Below the pieces are notes generated by a model. It worked only from the letters and a program-made list of their open reading frames with translations, did no database searches and had not been told where the DNA came from. A stretch of 64,000 bases of DNA from Gammaproteobacteria bacterium (GTDB taxonomy: Bacteria > Pseudomonadota > Gammaproteobacteria > JAKDMP01): the NCBI GenBank assembly GCA_027018875.1, contig JALUYA010000003.1, positions 13,665 to 77,664 on the forward strand, in the 5' to 3' direction. Numbering within the stretch: the stretch's first letter is position 1; the number at the start of each line of letters is the position of its first letter. This document shows, piece after piece, positions 47,527 to 58,128 of the stretch. Both the position numbers and the translations under genes were made by a program.

Positions 47527-49155
47527 ATGGCGGGACCTGCACGACTACGACGCAATGCCGGGGTTATCGGCCTGCTCTATGCCAGCCTGGGAAGCATCAT
47601 CGGCTCGGGGTGGCTGTTCGGCCCTCTGCACGCGGCACTCGAGGCAGGGCCGCTCAGCGTCTTTTCCTGGATTATTGGTGCCACGGCGGTCCTGCTGCTT
47701 GCCTTCGTATTCGCCGAACTCTCGACCATGTTTCCCAATTCTGGAGCCCTAGTCCACATGACCCACGTCAGCCACGGCGACCTGGTCGGTAAAATCTGGA
47801 CCTGGATTCTATTTCTCGCCTTCGTTTCCGTACCCCCGGTAGAGGTCAGCGCGGTACTTACCTACGCCAACAATTACCTTCCGGGACTGATTCATCCGAC
47901 GACGGGACTCCTGACTCATATCGGTATCGGTGCCGCCATCCTGCTTCTCGGCGTGGTCATACTGCTGAACTTTCTCGCGATTCGCTGGGTGATGGCGATC
48001 AACAGCGTCGCCACCTGGTGGAAACTGATCATCCCGCTGGCCACCATCGGCGTTCTGATGCTCTATTCCTACCACCCCGAAAACATGACCGCGCACATCG
48101 CCAGCGTACCGATCAGCGGCATCTTCACCGCGGTAGCGACCGCCGGCGTCATCTTCAGCTTCTTCGGATTTCAACAGGCCATCGCGCTCGCCGGTGAAAC
48201 CCGCAACCCCGGGCTCTACATTCCGATCGCGCTGATCGGCTCGGTTCTGATCGCGGTGATCGTTTATGTCGGACTGCAAATTTCGTTCATCATCGCACTC
48301 AAGCCGACCGACATCGCCGCCGGCTGGACTCACCTGCGCTTCGGCGGCATGTTCGGACCGCTCGCGGCCATTGCCGTCTCGGTCGGCGCCTTCTGGTGGG
48401 CGATTTTGCTCTACGTGGATGCCATCATCTCCCCGCTGGGCACCGGCTTCATCTATGCCACCGCGAGTCCACGCATTATCATGGCCGCCGGTGAAATGGG
48501 GAATGCGCCGAAAAAAGTCACCGAACTCAGCCGCCAGGGCGTCCCATGGATCGGTCTCATCGTGACCTACCTCATCGGGCTGGTGTTTTTCTTTCCCTTC
48601 CCCTCATGGCAAAAGCTGGTCTCGGCGGTGGTCCTGATTACGGTGCTCTCCTACAGCATCGGACCGATCATCCTGCTACATCTGCGCCGGACCATGCCGG
48701 CCGCGGAACGGCCGTTCCGCCTGCGCGCCGCCTGGCCGATCTCCATCCTCGCCTTCATCGCCTCGAACTGGATCATCTACTGGACCGGCTATGACGTGGT
48801 GATGTATCTGTTCGCCTTCGTCGCAATCTACGCAACCGTCTATCTCGCTTGGTACTTCCTGGTGCGCCGGGCCCCGGCGGCCAAACTCGGGTGGCAACAG
48901 GCATGGTGGCTGATCCCGTACTTCGGCGGGCTGTGGGCGGTGAGCTATCTCGGCCCGAAAAGCATAGGCGGACAGGGTTTGTTCGGTTTTTTTACCGGCA
49001 TGTGGATTCTCGCCGGCTTCAGTGTCGTGATCCTGTTTCTGGCGCTCAAAACCGGACTGCCCGCGAAAGTTTCCTTTGCCACCGCGATGCGGGTGCGGGA
49101 ACTCGGATCGCGCGGAGTCGATGCCGTGGGCACCGCGGAGGAGACGGCCCCCTGA
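47527..49155 (+). CDS. APC superfamily amino acid/polyamine permease
   Basis: ATG at 47527. GVIGLLYASLGSIIGSGWLF N-terminal motif. About 12 hydrophobic segments. Confidence 0.85.
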   Translation: MAGPARLRRNAGVIGLLYASLGSIIGSGWLFGPLHAALEAGPLSVFSWIIGATAVLLLAFVFAELSTMFPNSGALVHMTHVSHGDLVGKIWTWILFLAFVSVPPVEVSAVLTYANNYLPGLIHPTTGLLTHIGIGAAILLLGVVILLNFLAIRWVMAINSVATWWKLIIPLATIGVLMLYSYHPENMTAHIASVPISGIFTAVATAGVIFSFFGFQQAIALAGETRNPGLYIPIALIGSVLIAVIVYVGLQISFIIALKPTDIAAGWTHLRFGGMFGPLAAIAVSVGAFWWAILLYVDAIISPLGTGFIYATASPRIIMAAGEMGNAPKKVTELSRQGVPWIGLIVTYLIGLVFFFPFPSWQKLVSAVVLITVLSYSIGPIILLHLRRTMPAAERPFRLRAAWPISILAFIASNWIIYWTGYDVVMYLFAFVAIYATVYLAWYFLVRRAPAAKLGWQQAWWLIPYFGGLWAVSYLGPKSIGGQGLFGFFTGMWILAGFSVVILFLALKTGLPAKVSFATAMRVRELGSRGVDAVGTAEETAP

Positions 49156-49409
49156 GCCCGGCCGCGCTCGCCAATCCCCTCGGGCTCGCCGGAACGGGAG
49201 CCATCCTGTTTGCCTATCTGCTGCTGCAGCTCGGCCGCCTCGGCCGCGGGGATCGCAGCTTTCTCACCCTCAACCTGTTCGGTTCGGCGGCCCTGCTCTA
49301 TTCCCTGGTCTTTCACTTCAACCTCGCGGCGACCCTGATCGAGGCCGCCTGGTTCGCCATCAGCTTCTATGGGCTCGTGCGGCGATACCCGGCAGGCCCC
49401 CGATGCTGA
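49152..49409 (+). CDS. small 3-TM membrane protein, paralogue 1 (start unresolved)
   Basis: Clear paralogue of the next gene (LNLFGS...FNLAATLIEAAW). No ATG, GTG or TTG near the expected start. The frame opens at a CTG overlapping the permease TGA. Confidence 0.5.
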   Translation: MSPAALANPLGLAGTGAILFAYLLLQLGRLGRGDRSFLTLNLFGSAALLYSLVFHFNLAATLIEAAWFAISFYGLVRRYPAGPRC

Positions 49410-49657
49410 TTCCCGAACTGCTCGGCATCCTCGGGGTGGTGATGGTCCTGGGCGGTTATTTTTTAATTGTCTCCTCACGGCTGGAGGAAACCGACAGCCG
49501 CTATCTGGGTCTCAATATCCTAGGCTCGGTGCTGATCCTGGTCTCGCTCGCATACCGCTTCAACCTCGCCGCCACGGTACTCCAGGCGGCCTGGACCGGA
49601 ATCACCCTGCTGGGTATCCTGCGTCGGCGGTGGAGTCGGGGGTTGACAAACAGGTAG
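49403..49657 (+). CDS. small 3-TM membrane protein, paralogue 2
   Basis: The ATG at 49403 overlaps the paralogue-1 stop by 7 nt. MLIPELLGILGVVMVLGGYF...FNLAATVLQAAW. Confidence 0.7.
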   Translation: MLIPELLGILGVVMVLGGYFLIVSSRLEETDSRYLGLNILGSVLILVSLAYRFNLAATVLQAAWTGITLLGILRRRWSRGLTNR

Positions 49658-49696
49658 TTTGGTGTATTATTTACCTAAATCACTTGGAGTCTGCCT

Positions 49697-50407
49697 GTGA
49701 CTGTATCGGAACCCACCCGCGAAGGCTCGGCCATCACCCAGATAATCAATTTATTCGTTGCCCCGGGCGAGGCGTTCGATTATGCCCGCAAGCACCCGAA
49801 GATGTGGATCCTGCCGCTGGGGCTGACCCTTGCCTTCGGAATTGCAGTCGGCGTCTGGTTCGCGCTCGGCGTGAACATCGAGGCCTGGCGCGGCGAGATG
49901 CTACGCCTGGCGGTGGCGAAAAATCCCCAGGCCGCAAGCCGGGTCAGCGAAACTTTCAAACACTTCGGCCGGGGATATCTCTTGTGGACCTTTACCGGCA
50001 GCGTTTTTATCGGCACGATCGTCATCGAGCTGTTCTACGCCCTGTACCTGCTTCTCGCCGACAAGATATTCTCCGCCGAAAACCGCAGCTACGGTACCTG
50101 GTTCTCCTTCGTCTCCTGGAGTTGGCTACCAACGATCATTGCCAGCATCGTCACAATGATCCTTTTCGCAATCTCCGGTGTCGGGTTGGCCGCGACCCGG
50201 GCCACCACACTGAATGCGCTGTTCTTCCACCTCGGCCCCACCACCCCCCACTACGGCGCCGCCCAGTTTTCGATCCTATACTTCTGGGTCATCGCCCTGA
50301 TGACCTACGGCCTGAAGCGCTGGGCGGGGCACTCCACGCTCAAGGCCCTCGTCATTGCCGCGGCCCCCTTCGTGGTGATCTACGCCATCCTGTTCTTCGT
50401 CTCCTAG
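49697..50407 (+). CDS. Yip1-domain membrane protein
   Basis: GTG start with GGAG upstream. Soluble N-terminal segment then five hydrophobic helices. Family from memory. Confidence 0.65.
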   Translation: MTVSEPTREGSAITQIINLFVAPGEAFDYARKHPKMWILPLGLTLAFGIAVGVWFALGVNIEAWRGEMLRLAVAKNPQAASRVSETFKHFGRGYLLWTFTGSVFIGTIVIELFYALYLLLADKIFSAENRSYGTWFSFVSWSWLPTIIASIVTMILFAISGVGLAATRATTLNALFFHLGPTTPHYGAAQFSILYFWVIALMTYGLKRWAGHSTLKALVIAAAPFVVIYAILFFVS

Positions 50408-50418
50408 GATAAATTCTC

Positions 50419-51621
50419 ATGAAACGCAAATGGTTGATAACCGGCGCCATTGTCGGGCTCCTGATCCTGGTGGTCGTAGCCGCGACCCTGCGCCGTGGTG
50501 AAACCGCCCTGGTCGTCACCGTGACCCAGGTTGCACCGCGCAGTATTCGCAGTTCGGTACTGGCCTCGGGCCAGTTCGAGTACAAGGAGCAGGTGGAGCT
50601 GCGCCCGCAGGTGGGCGGCCAAATCGTCGCGCTGCCGGTCGTCGCCGGTCAGCGCGTCAAAAAAGGGCAGGTCGTGCTGCGAATCGACCCCAAGACCTAC
50701 CAGGCAACGGTGGATCAGCAGCGGGCCAATGTTGCCTTGCAGCGGTTCTCGATCCGCCAGGCCGAACTGCGCCTCGCCAACCTCAAACTCGAATGGCAGC
50801 GCAAGACCCAACTCTTCAAACGCGGGCTGCTCGATGCGAACAGCTACGACCAGCTCACCAACCAGTACCAACTCGCCCAGGTGGCCCTCCAGTCCACTCG
50901 GGAATCGCTGTCGGCGGCTGCGGCACAATTGCAGTATGCCGAGGAACAACTGGCGAAGACGATTATCCGTTCGCCGATCGACGGCATCGTCACCCTGCTC
51001 AATCTCAAGGTGGGCGAGTCGGTCATCCCCGGTACCGTCAACATTCCCGGTTCCTCGTTGATGCAGATCGGAGACCCCTCGGAACTTCTGGCCAAGGTCT
51101 ACGTGGACGAGGCCGATATCGCCCATATTTCGGTGGGCGAAAAGGCCCAGGTCACCTCCACCGCCTACCCCAACCAGAATCTCTCCGGACGGGTTCGCTT
51201 CGTCGCCCCCGCCGCAATCACCATGCCCGGTCAGCAAGGACAGGGGTTCGAGGTCAAGATCCAGATACGGAACACTCCCAAACTTGCCATCCGCCCGCAG
51301 ATGACCTGCCGCGCGGAAATCTTCACCCGAAGTTTGGAACACACGCTCGCGGTACCCGTCAGCGCGGTATTGTTCAGCCAGAGAAGCAAGAAGCAGAAAA
51401 GCCTGTTCAGCGACCGTAACGCCTATGTCTATATCGACCAGGCGGGGCGGGCCGTAAAGCGCAAGGTGACCCTCGGCATTTCAAACGATACCTGGCAGGA
51501 GATCAAGTCCGGGCTCAAGACCGGCGAACGGGTGATCACCGGCCCCTACGAGACCCTGCACACGCTGGCGCCGGACGTCCGGGTAAAGACGCGCGCCGCC
51601 ACTCGGGAAGCCCGCCGGTGA
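50419..51621 (+). CDS. efflux periplasmic adaptor subunit (HlyD/MacA-like)
   Basis: N-terminal anchor, coiled-coil hairpin region, lipoyl-like IRSPIDGIV, beta-barrel C-terminus. Confidence 0.85.
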   Translation: MKRKWLITGAIVGLLILVVVAATLRRGETALVVTVTQVAPRSIRSSVLASGQFEYKEQVELRPQVGGQIVALPVVAGQRVKKGQVVLRIDPKTYQATVDQQRANVALQRFSIRQAELRLANLKLEWQRKTQLFKRGLLDANSYDQLTNQYQLAQVALQSTRESLSAAAAQLQYAEEQLAKTIIRSPIDGIVTLLNLKVGESVIPGTVNIPGSSLMQIGDPSELLAKVYVDEADIAHISVGEKAQVTSTAYPNQNLSGRVRFVAPAAITMPGQQGQGFEVKIQIRNTPKLAIRPQMTCRAEIFTRSLEHTLAVPVSAVLFSQRSKKQKSLFSDRNAYVYIDQAGRAVKRKVTLGISNDTWQEIKSGLKTGERVITGPYETLHTLAPDVRVKTRAATREARR

Positions 51622-52331
51622 GTGAACCCATCCTCCGCCTCGAGGGAGTCGCCAAGGACTACCGCATGGGCGAGAACCTGGTGCGAGTGCTCGATCGGAT
51701 CGAGCTGCGGATCGCCCCCGGTGAATATGTTGCAATCATCGGCCCATCGGGATCGGGCAAGTCCACCCTGATGAACATCATCGGTTGCCTGGACCGCCCA
51801 AGCGCCGGCAACTACTACCTCAACGGTGCCGAAGTCGAGGCGCTCGGCGACGATCAACTCGCCGTGGTGCGCAATCGCGAAATCGGCTTCGTATTCCAGA
51901 GCTTCAACCTGCTCACCCGTCACGACGCCCTGCATAACGTGATGCAGCCACTGGTCTATCGGGGGCTGCGCCTCGGCGCCCGGCGCCGACGTGCCGAAGC
52001 CGCGCTGGCGAGCGTGGGGCTTGGCGACCGCCTGCATCATCGCCCGAACCAGCTTTCCGGCGGCCAGTGCCAGCGGGTCGCAATCGCCCGCGCCCTGGTC
52101 GGAGAACCCGGACTGGTGCTTGCGGATGAACCCACGGGCAACCTCGACTCGCGCACCAGTACCGAGATCATGCGCCTGTTCGATGAGCTGAATACCCGCG
52201 GGCATACCATCGTTCTGGTCACGCACGAGGCGGACATCGCCGAACATACCCGGCGCATCGTGCGCCTGCGCGACGGGCGGATCGAAGACGATGCCCCAGT
52301 GGAGAATCGACGTCATGCTGAGCCTGCTTGA
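51618..52331 (+). CDS. ABC transporter ATP-binding protein (MacB/LolD family)
   Basis: [41 protein letters not shown]. 4-nt overlap with the adaptor gene. Confidence 0.9.
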   Translation: MSEPILRLEGVAKDYRMGENLVRVLDRIELRIAPGEYVAIIGPSGSGKSTLMNIIGCLDRPSAGNYYLNGAEVEALGDDQLAVVRNREIGFVFQSFNLLTRHDALHNVMQPLVYRGLRLGARRRRAEAALASVGLGDRLHHRPNQLSGGQCQRVAIARALVGEPGLVLADEPTGNLDSRTSTEIMRLFDELNTRGHTIVLVTHEADIAEHTRRIVRLRDGRIEDDAPVENRRHAEPA

Positions 52332-53538
52332 ATCCTTTCGCGCGGCCCTGGCCGCGATCCGCGCCCACCTGTTGCGCAGTATCCTCACCGCCCTCGGCAT
52401 CATTATCGCCGTGGCCGCGGTTATTGCCGTAGTTTCGGTCATCCAGGGCTTCGGCAACTTCATAGGCGGTCTGTTTCAGGGCCTCGGCGCCAACAGCGTG
52501 GTGATCTACCCCCATCTGAGCCGCAAGGAACGCCTCGCCGGGCGCACGGCACGGGTGTCCGAATCCGATCTGCTGGCCATCCAGCATAACGTGGCCGGTA
52601 TCCGCGACATTTCGCCGCGGCTCTACGTGGCGCAATTCGGCGGTCGGGTCGCCTGGCATGGGACCATCGTCAACACGCAGGTATTCGGGACCACGAGCGG
52701 CTATGCCAAGGGCCAGATCTACCCGGTGCTGGGACGCTTCATCACCCCGATCGACAACCTGCAACACCGCCGCGTCTGCGTCATCGGCCACACGGTAATC
52801 AAAAATCTCGGCCTCCCGGCCGATCCCCTGGGCCGATATCTCCAGGTCGCCGGCCAGTGGTGCCGGGTCATCGGTGTGCTGAAGCCGCAAGGAGAAATCT
52901 TTGGGCAGGATCTCGACAACCAGGTCATCATTCCCTACACCACCGCCCGCAGCATCCTGGGTTCGGCGCGCAAACCCAATCTCGTAATCCAGTTGACAGT
53001 GACCAAGGCCTCGCAACTGAAGGCCACCGTCGCCCGCATCAAGCAGGTCATCGCCCGCAATCATCGGCTCCACGGCTTGCCGACCAAGGACTTCCGGGTG
53101 CAAACGGCACAACAAGTCACCCAGCAATTCACCTCGATCCTCAATACCATCACCTTCATTCTCGGCGGTATCGTCGGCATTTCGCTGCTTGTCGGAGGCA
53201 TCGGCATCATGAACATCATGCTGGTATCGGTTACCGAGCGGACCCGTGAAATCGGCATCCTCAAAAGTCTCGGTGCCCGGCGCCGGGACATCCTGACCCA
53301 GTTCCTGATCGAAGCAGTGTTACTGTCGTTGATCGGCGGCATCATCGGGCTGATACTTGGCTGGATCCTCGGGCTGATTGCCACCAACCTGATCCCGGGA
53401 CTCAAGGCGGCCTATGTTCCCGGCTGGGCGGTGGCACTCGCGTTCGGATTCTCCGTCGGCACCGGGACCATTTTCGGTATCCTGCCCGCGGCCAAGGCCG
53501 CCGCCCTCAACCCCATTGAAGCCCTGCGCTACGAATAG
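52315..53538 (+). CDS. ABC transporter permease (MacB/FtsX-like)
   Basis: ATG at 52315 after GGAGA. TM1, a large periplasmic domain, then a three-TM FtsX-type C-terminus ([13 protein letters not shown]). Confidence 0.85.
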   Translation: MLSLLESFRAALAAIRAHLLRSILTALGIIIAVAAVIAVVSVIQGFGNFIGGLFQGLGANSVVIYPHLSRKERLAGRTARVSESDLLAIQHNVAGIRDISPRLYVAQFGGRVAWHGTIVNTQVFGTTSGYAKGQIYPVLGRFITPIDNLQHRRVCVIGHTVIKNLGLPADPLGRYLQVAGQWCRVIGVLKPQGEIFGQDLDNQVIIPYTTARSILGSARKPNLVIQLTVTKASQLKATVARIKQVIARNHRLHGLPTKDFRVQTAQQVTQQFTSILNTITFILGGIVGISLLVGGIGIMNIMLVSVTERTREIGILKSLGARRRDILTQFLIEAVLLSLIGGIIGLILGWILGLIATNLIPGLKAAYVPGWAVALAFGFSVGTGTIFGILPAAKAAALNPIEALRYE

Positions 53539-53567
53539 CCCGGTGGCTTCCGGCAGGGATTCAGGTC

Positions 53568-54317
53568 ATGCCGGGTAGAAGCACTCCACGGAAAATCACC
53601 GCAAACCGGCTCGTAGCGCACCGCGGCGATGCCGCGCGTTACCCTGAAAACACCCTGGCCGCCTTTCAAAGTGCGGCGCTGCTCGGCCTCGCCCTGGTCG
53701 AACTCGACGTCCAGGTAACCGCCGACGCCGTTCCCGTGGTGCTGCATGACGCCGATCTTATCCGCACCCATGGGTTGTCACTCCCGGTCAGTACCTCGAC
53801 TTACGGCCGACTTGCCCGCGCCGGTGTCCTGGCGGGCGGTAATAAACCGCCGTCCATACCAATCCTGGCCGAATTCACCCACTGGATGCGGTTGCATCCC
53901 ACGATCCATGCCTGTGTCGAAATCAAGCGGGACAGCATGGCCACGCACGGCCGCCACCCGGTTCTGAAGGCTGTCGCCCAGGCGCTTGTCCCCATCCGCG
54001 AGCGGATTACACTCATCTCCTATGATGCCCGGGTACTGGCAATGGCTAGTGCCCGCGGCTGGGAAACCGGCTACGTACTAGCCCGACTCGATTCCCGCCA
54101 CCGGGGGATCGCCGAACGACTGAAACCGCGATACCTGTTCGCCCAATGGGCACCGCTGCTGCGCCTTTCACCGCTCTGGTCAGGCGCCTGGCGCTGGGTG
54201 GCCTTCGAAGTCGCCGACCCGGCGACCGCCCGAGCCCTTGCCGCCCGCGGCATCGACTATCTCGAAACCATGAATCCGCTCGCCCTCCTCGGCAATCAAG
54301 TCGGGGAAGACTCCTGA
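53568..54317 (+). CDS. glycerophosphodiester phosphodiesterase family protein
   Basis: HRGDAARYPENTLAAF...VELDVQVTADAVPVVLHD GDPD motifs. Confidence 0.85.
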   Translation: MPGRSTPRKITANRLVAHRGDAARYPENTLAAFQSAALLGLALVELDVQVTADAVPVVLHDADLIRTHGLSLPVSTSTYGRLARAGVLAGGNKPPSIPILAEFTHWMRLHPTIHACVEIKRDSMATHGRHPVLKAVAQALVPIRERITLISYDARVLAMASARGWETGYVLARLDSRHRGIAERLKPRYLFAQWAPLLRLSPLWSGAWRWVAFEVADPATARALAARGIDYLETMNPLALLGNQVGEDS

Positions 54318-54476
54318 TCGATACTCCCGCCACCCCGGGCCAGGCGTAAAACCCGGCTCCGTTCACGCCCTTCTCCCGCTGATCCATCCCGCCGATGGCA
54401 AGCGCCGGGCGAGCATGGGCCGCTACCCGGATCGCCTCCCGAACCCAGTGGGAACTTTTAGCGATTACGCCCTTCG

Positions 54477-54824
54477 TTACCCACCCAGGTACGCGGCCAG
54501 CACCGCCGCATTGTTACGAGTCGGATCCCTGGCGGCAAACAACAAGGTGGCTCGTGAATGCACCTCGAGCGCCCGCCGTAGCTCCCGAACCGCCTCGGGA
54601 TTGGCATCCAGTTCGGTGCGGTAACGGCGCTGAAACCCCTCCCAGCGTTGCGGGTCATGGCCGAACCAGCGGCGCAGCTCGTCACTGGGGGCAATCGACT
54701 TTAGCCACTGGTCTATGCGCGCGGCCTCCTTGCCCAGCCCCCGCGGCCACAGCCGATCGACCAGGATCCGGTAGCCGTCGTCATCCGCGGCGGCGAGATA
54801 GACCCGCTTGATGGTAACGCTCAT
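54477..54824 (-). CDS. DUF488 family protein
   Basis: ATG at 54824. IKRVY...DGYRILVDRLWPRG...WLKSIAPS..LRRWF is typical of DUF488. Confidence 0.8.
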   Translation of the reverse strand: MSVTIKRVYLAAADDDGYRILVDRLWPRGLGKEAARIDQWLKSIAPSDELRRWFGHDPQRWEGFQRRYRTELDANPEAVRELRRALEVHSRATLLFAARDPTRNNAAVLAAYLGG

Positions 54825-54828
54825 TGAC

Positions 54829-55371
54829 CTATTCATCCTCCTGCCCCGTGATCGGGTCTGGCGCCCGCGCTTGGATCGGGCCGGAAACAAGGCGGGCAAC
54901 ATCCGTCGCCGCCAGCGCCTCGCTCAGCCGCCGAACGGCCACACTCGACATCCGCCGCCGACAGACCGGCAACAGATCCATTTCCTCGCGTTCATGGTGA
55001 TGTTCCGCAAGATGTTTCAGCGGCATCTCGCGTTCCAGCAGCTCGAGGATACGTACCGGATCGACCGACTCTCCGGAAATCGCGCCGACGGGATCCGTCA
55101 AGGCATCCGCAAGCCGCTCCACCTTGCGGTGCTCTGCCAGGTAGACCCATGGAGCCCAGCGGGCACTTTTGTCCAGCCACGGCAGCAAAAAGGTTTCCTC
55201 AAGCCGAATATGGCGGGCCAGCGCGATACGCCAGGCATCAAAACACTCGCCCGCCAGGGTTCCCTTGCGTTCGACCAGTGCGACCCGGTGGCGCAGCAAA
55301 AGTGCGGCAAGACGGCGATGTGCTCGCTCGAACTCATCCAGCGGATCCGCCCCCGGGCCCGGAGTTTTCAT
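54829..55371 (-). CDS. hemerythrin-like domain protein
   Basis: Trimmed to the ATG at 55371 (ATGA overlap with the upstream gene). H/E-rich helices (FERAHRR, HIRLEE, LAEHHHEREEMDLL). Confidence 0.65.
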   Translation of the reverse strand: MKTPGPGADPLDEFERAHRRLAALLLRHRVALVERKGTLAGECFDAWRIALARHIRLEETFLLPWLDKSARWAPWVYLAEHRKVERLADALTDPVGAISGESVDPVRILELLEREMPLKHLAEHHHEREEMDLLPVCRRRMSSVAVRRLSEALAATDVARLVSGPIQARAPDPITGQEDE

Positions 55372-55829
55372 CCACCAAGCCCGCGGGCGCCGACCACGGC
55401 GGCGCCTATGACAAACAATCCCACCGCCACCAGCACCAGATGCACCCGCAAGACCCGGCGTTGAAAGCGCCCGGCATCCCGGTTGGCGCCAAGCACCCGG
55501 CTCATCAATCCCAGCGGTTCGACCACAAACAGCAGCAAGGCAAAGCCGAGCCAATAGGCGACCATCAGATCCAACCACCAGAATCCCCCCCGGGAGAACC
55601 AGGACCAGGCATCGAGCCACCACAACATATAGAGTCCGGTGGCGCCGACGAGTAGTACCGCAATGCGAGCCTGGGGAGCAAAGCGCCGCTCGACCCGGGC
55701 AAACACCTGCCCCGGCTCGGCCTCCACGGCCAAGCCGGGGATGATCACCGCGGTCACGAAGGACAGGCCGCCGATCCACCACACGACACCGATCAGATGC
55801 AAGCCGAGAGCAATGGCAAACCCGATCAT
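55368..55829 (-). CDS. integral membrane protein (4 TM), function unknown
   Basis: 153 aa, four hydrophobic helices, Trp-rich loops. Coupled to the hemerythrin-like gene. Confidence 0.65.
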   Translation of the reverse strand: MIGFAIALGLHLIGVVWWIGGLSFVTAVIIPGLAVEAEPGQVFARVERRFAPQARIAVLLVGATGLYMLWWLDAWSWFSRGGFWWLDLMVAYWLGFALLLFVVEPLGLMSRVLGANRDAGRFQRRVLRVHLVLVAVGLFVIGAAVVGARGLGG

Positions 55830-56115
55830 CTTCCGCTTTTCCTACAACCGCCCGCCACGAGGATAGATCCGCTCACCTCGTTCCTTGGCCACCAAGGCAA
55901 CATTTCCTTTACCACCTGGGAAATTCCAATTTGAACCCAAGTTATTTTGCCCGGATCGGCACTACGTTTCCTTGACCGGAATCAAGGTAGGGGCGGACAA
56001 CAATCCCGGCCGCAGGCTTGCCGGTGAGCCGTGAATACGGATCATGGAAAGAGCGCATTTCACGGCCCGGCGGGTTGCTTGGCCTCAACCGCAAACCGGC
56101 AGCACCCGGAATGCA

Positions 56116-56490
56116 TCAGGGGTTCATTTCAATTGGCCGGATATGGCTTAATTCCTCTTCGGTAAGAAGCCGTGATACGGCGATGAATCGCAGACCAAGC
56201 GGAATTCCCAATGAAAAGCTCGATCCTCTTCCTTCGGTAACATCGACGGTTATGTGCATATTTTGGTAATAGGAAAATTGATCCGGCGCCATATAAAAGC
56301 TGCACCCATGAATTTCACCCAGGCACACATCCCGGGAACCGATTAAAAATTCGCCCTTGGCAAAACACATGGGGGAAGATCCATCACAACATCCCCCACT
56401 TTGATGAAATATCAATTCCCCGTTCTTTTCCCGTAATTTATCTATAACCGCCTTGGCTTTTGCAGTCGCAGACACCCGTTCTTGATACAT
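56116..56490 (-). CDS. DUF779 domain protein
   Basis: HQSGGCCDGSSPMC motif. Typical partner immediately downstream of aldehyde dehydrogenases. Confidence 0.85.
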   Translation of the reverse strand: MYQERVSATAKAKAVIDKLREKNGELIFHQSGGCCDGSSPMCFAKGEFLIGSRDVCLGEIHGCSFYMAPDQFSYYQNMHITVDVTEGRGSSFSLGIPLGLRFIAVSRLLTEEELSHIRPIEMNP

Positions 56491-56549
56491 AGAAACTCCG
56501 GTAAAAGAAATGGGCGATTTTTTACAAACCGCCCACGACCTGGTGATGT

Positions 56550-58046
56550 TTAGAAAAACCCCAGCGGGTTTTTATCGTAAGAGATTAATACATTTTTGGT
56601 ATGACGATATTGATTAAGCATCATTTTATGGGTCTCCCGCCCGATACCGGATTTCTTATATCCGCCAAATGATGCCCCCGCGGGATAGGCATGATAACAA
56701 TTACACCAAACACGACCCGCTTCGATCCCCCGGGAAAATGTTTGCATCTGGTGTAGATCGCGAGTCCATACACCGGCACCAAGGCCATACAAGGTGTCAT
56801 TGGCGATTGCCAGCGCTTCGGCGTCATCCTTGAATGTGGTAACACTCAGGACCGGCCCGAATATTTCCTCCTGGAAAATACGCATCTTGTTATCGCCCCT
56901 GAATACGGTCGGCTTAATGTAATATCCATCCGGGTAAGTTTCATTCCTATAGGCTTCACCGCCGATCAAGAGTTCCGCCCCTTCCTGTTTACCGATATCA
57001 ATGTAATTCAGTATTTTTTCATACTGATCCCTCGATGCTTGAGCACCCATCATAGTGCTTGAATCAAGCGGATTATCCATGGTGATTGACGCAATTCGCT
57101 TCAGACATCGCTCCATGAACTGATCATAAATACTTTCCTGGACTAAGGCGCGAGATGGGCAAGTGCAGACCTCGCCCTGATTAAAGGCAAACAAAACGAG
57201 CCCTTCAATGGCCTTGTCAAGGAAGTGATCATCCCTTGCCATCACACTATCGAAGAAAATATTAGGCGATTTACCACCCAGTTCCAAGGTTACGGGAATG
57301 ATATTTTCAGAAGCATACTGCATGATTAGACGACCGGTTGTCGTCTCACCGGTAAAAGCAACTTTTTTAATACCCGGATGCGATGCCAAGGGCTTGCCGG
57401 CCTCCGGGCCGAAACCATTGACGATATTCAACACCCCGGCCGGCAGCAGATCGGCAATTGCATCAATCACGAACAAAATGGAAACCGGTGTTTGTTCCGC
57501 CGGCTTAAGCACGACACAATTGCCGGCCGCCAATGCCGGGGCCATTTTCCACGCCGCCATAAGAATAGGAAAGTTCCAGGGAATGATCTGGCCGACAACC
57601 CCCAACGGTTCATGGATTTCCATGGAAACGGTATTTACGTCAAGGTCGGATACCTCCCCTGCTTCGGCACGAATAACACTACCAAAATAACGGAAGTGAT
57701 CGACTGCCAGGGGAATGTCCGCCGCCAGGGTTTCTCTAACGGCCTTGCCATTATCCCAGGTTTCCACCAGGGCCAGATTTTCGAGGTTCTCCTCAATACG
57801 GTCGGCTATTTTGAACAAGAGATTGCTGCGTTCGGCAACCGATATGCTCTCCCAGTCCTTGGCCGCTTTCCACGCGGCTTGAACGGCAAGGTCGATATCT
57901 TTACCGTTGGATCTGGGCACCTTGGCGATAACCGTCCCATCAACAGGCGAAATATTATCGAAATATTCACCGTCAACGGGGGCTACCCATTCTCCCCCTA
58001 TGTAATTTTCGTACTGTTTTTTGAATGCAGGCTTTTGATATAACAT
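56550..58046 (-). CDS. NAD(P)-dependent aldehyde dehydrogenase
   Basis: 498 aa. [15 protein letters not shown] and the catalytic Cys region [11 protein letters not shown]. Confidence 0.92.
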   Translation of the reverse strand: MLYQKPAFKKQYENYIGGEWVAPVDGEYFDNISPVDGTVIAKVPRSNGKDIDLAVQAAWKAAKDWESISVAERSNLLFKIADRIEENLENLALVETWDNGKAVRETLAADIPLAVDHFRYFGSVIRAEAGEVSDLDVNTVSMEIHEPLGVVGQIIPWNFPILMAAWKMAPALAAGNCVVLKPAEQTPVSILFVIDAIADLLPAGVLNIVNGFGPEAGKPLASHPGIKKVAFTGETTTGRLIMQYASENIIPVTLELGGKSPNIFFDSVMARDDHFLDKAIEGLVLFAFNQGEVCTCPSRALVQESIYDQFMERCLKRIASITMDNPLDSSTMMGAQASRDQYEKILNYIDIGKQEGAELLIGGEAYRNETYPDGYYIKPTVFRGDNKMRIFQEEIFGPVLSVTTFKDDAEALAIANDTLYGLGAGVWTRDLHQMQTFSRGIEAGRVWCNCYHAYPAGASFGGYKKSGIGRETHKMMLNQYRHTKNVLISYDKNPLGFF

Positions 58047-58128
58047 GATGAGCTCCTATTCCAATTTACCATCTGTATCATTAACGCCGGGTTTCCGGCG
58101 ATGGCTTGGAGAAACCCGGCTCCCTGAA

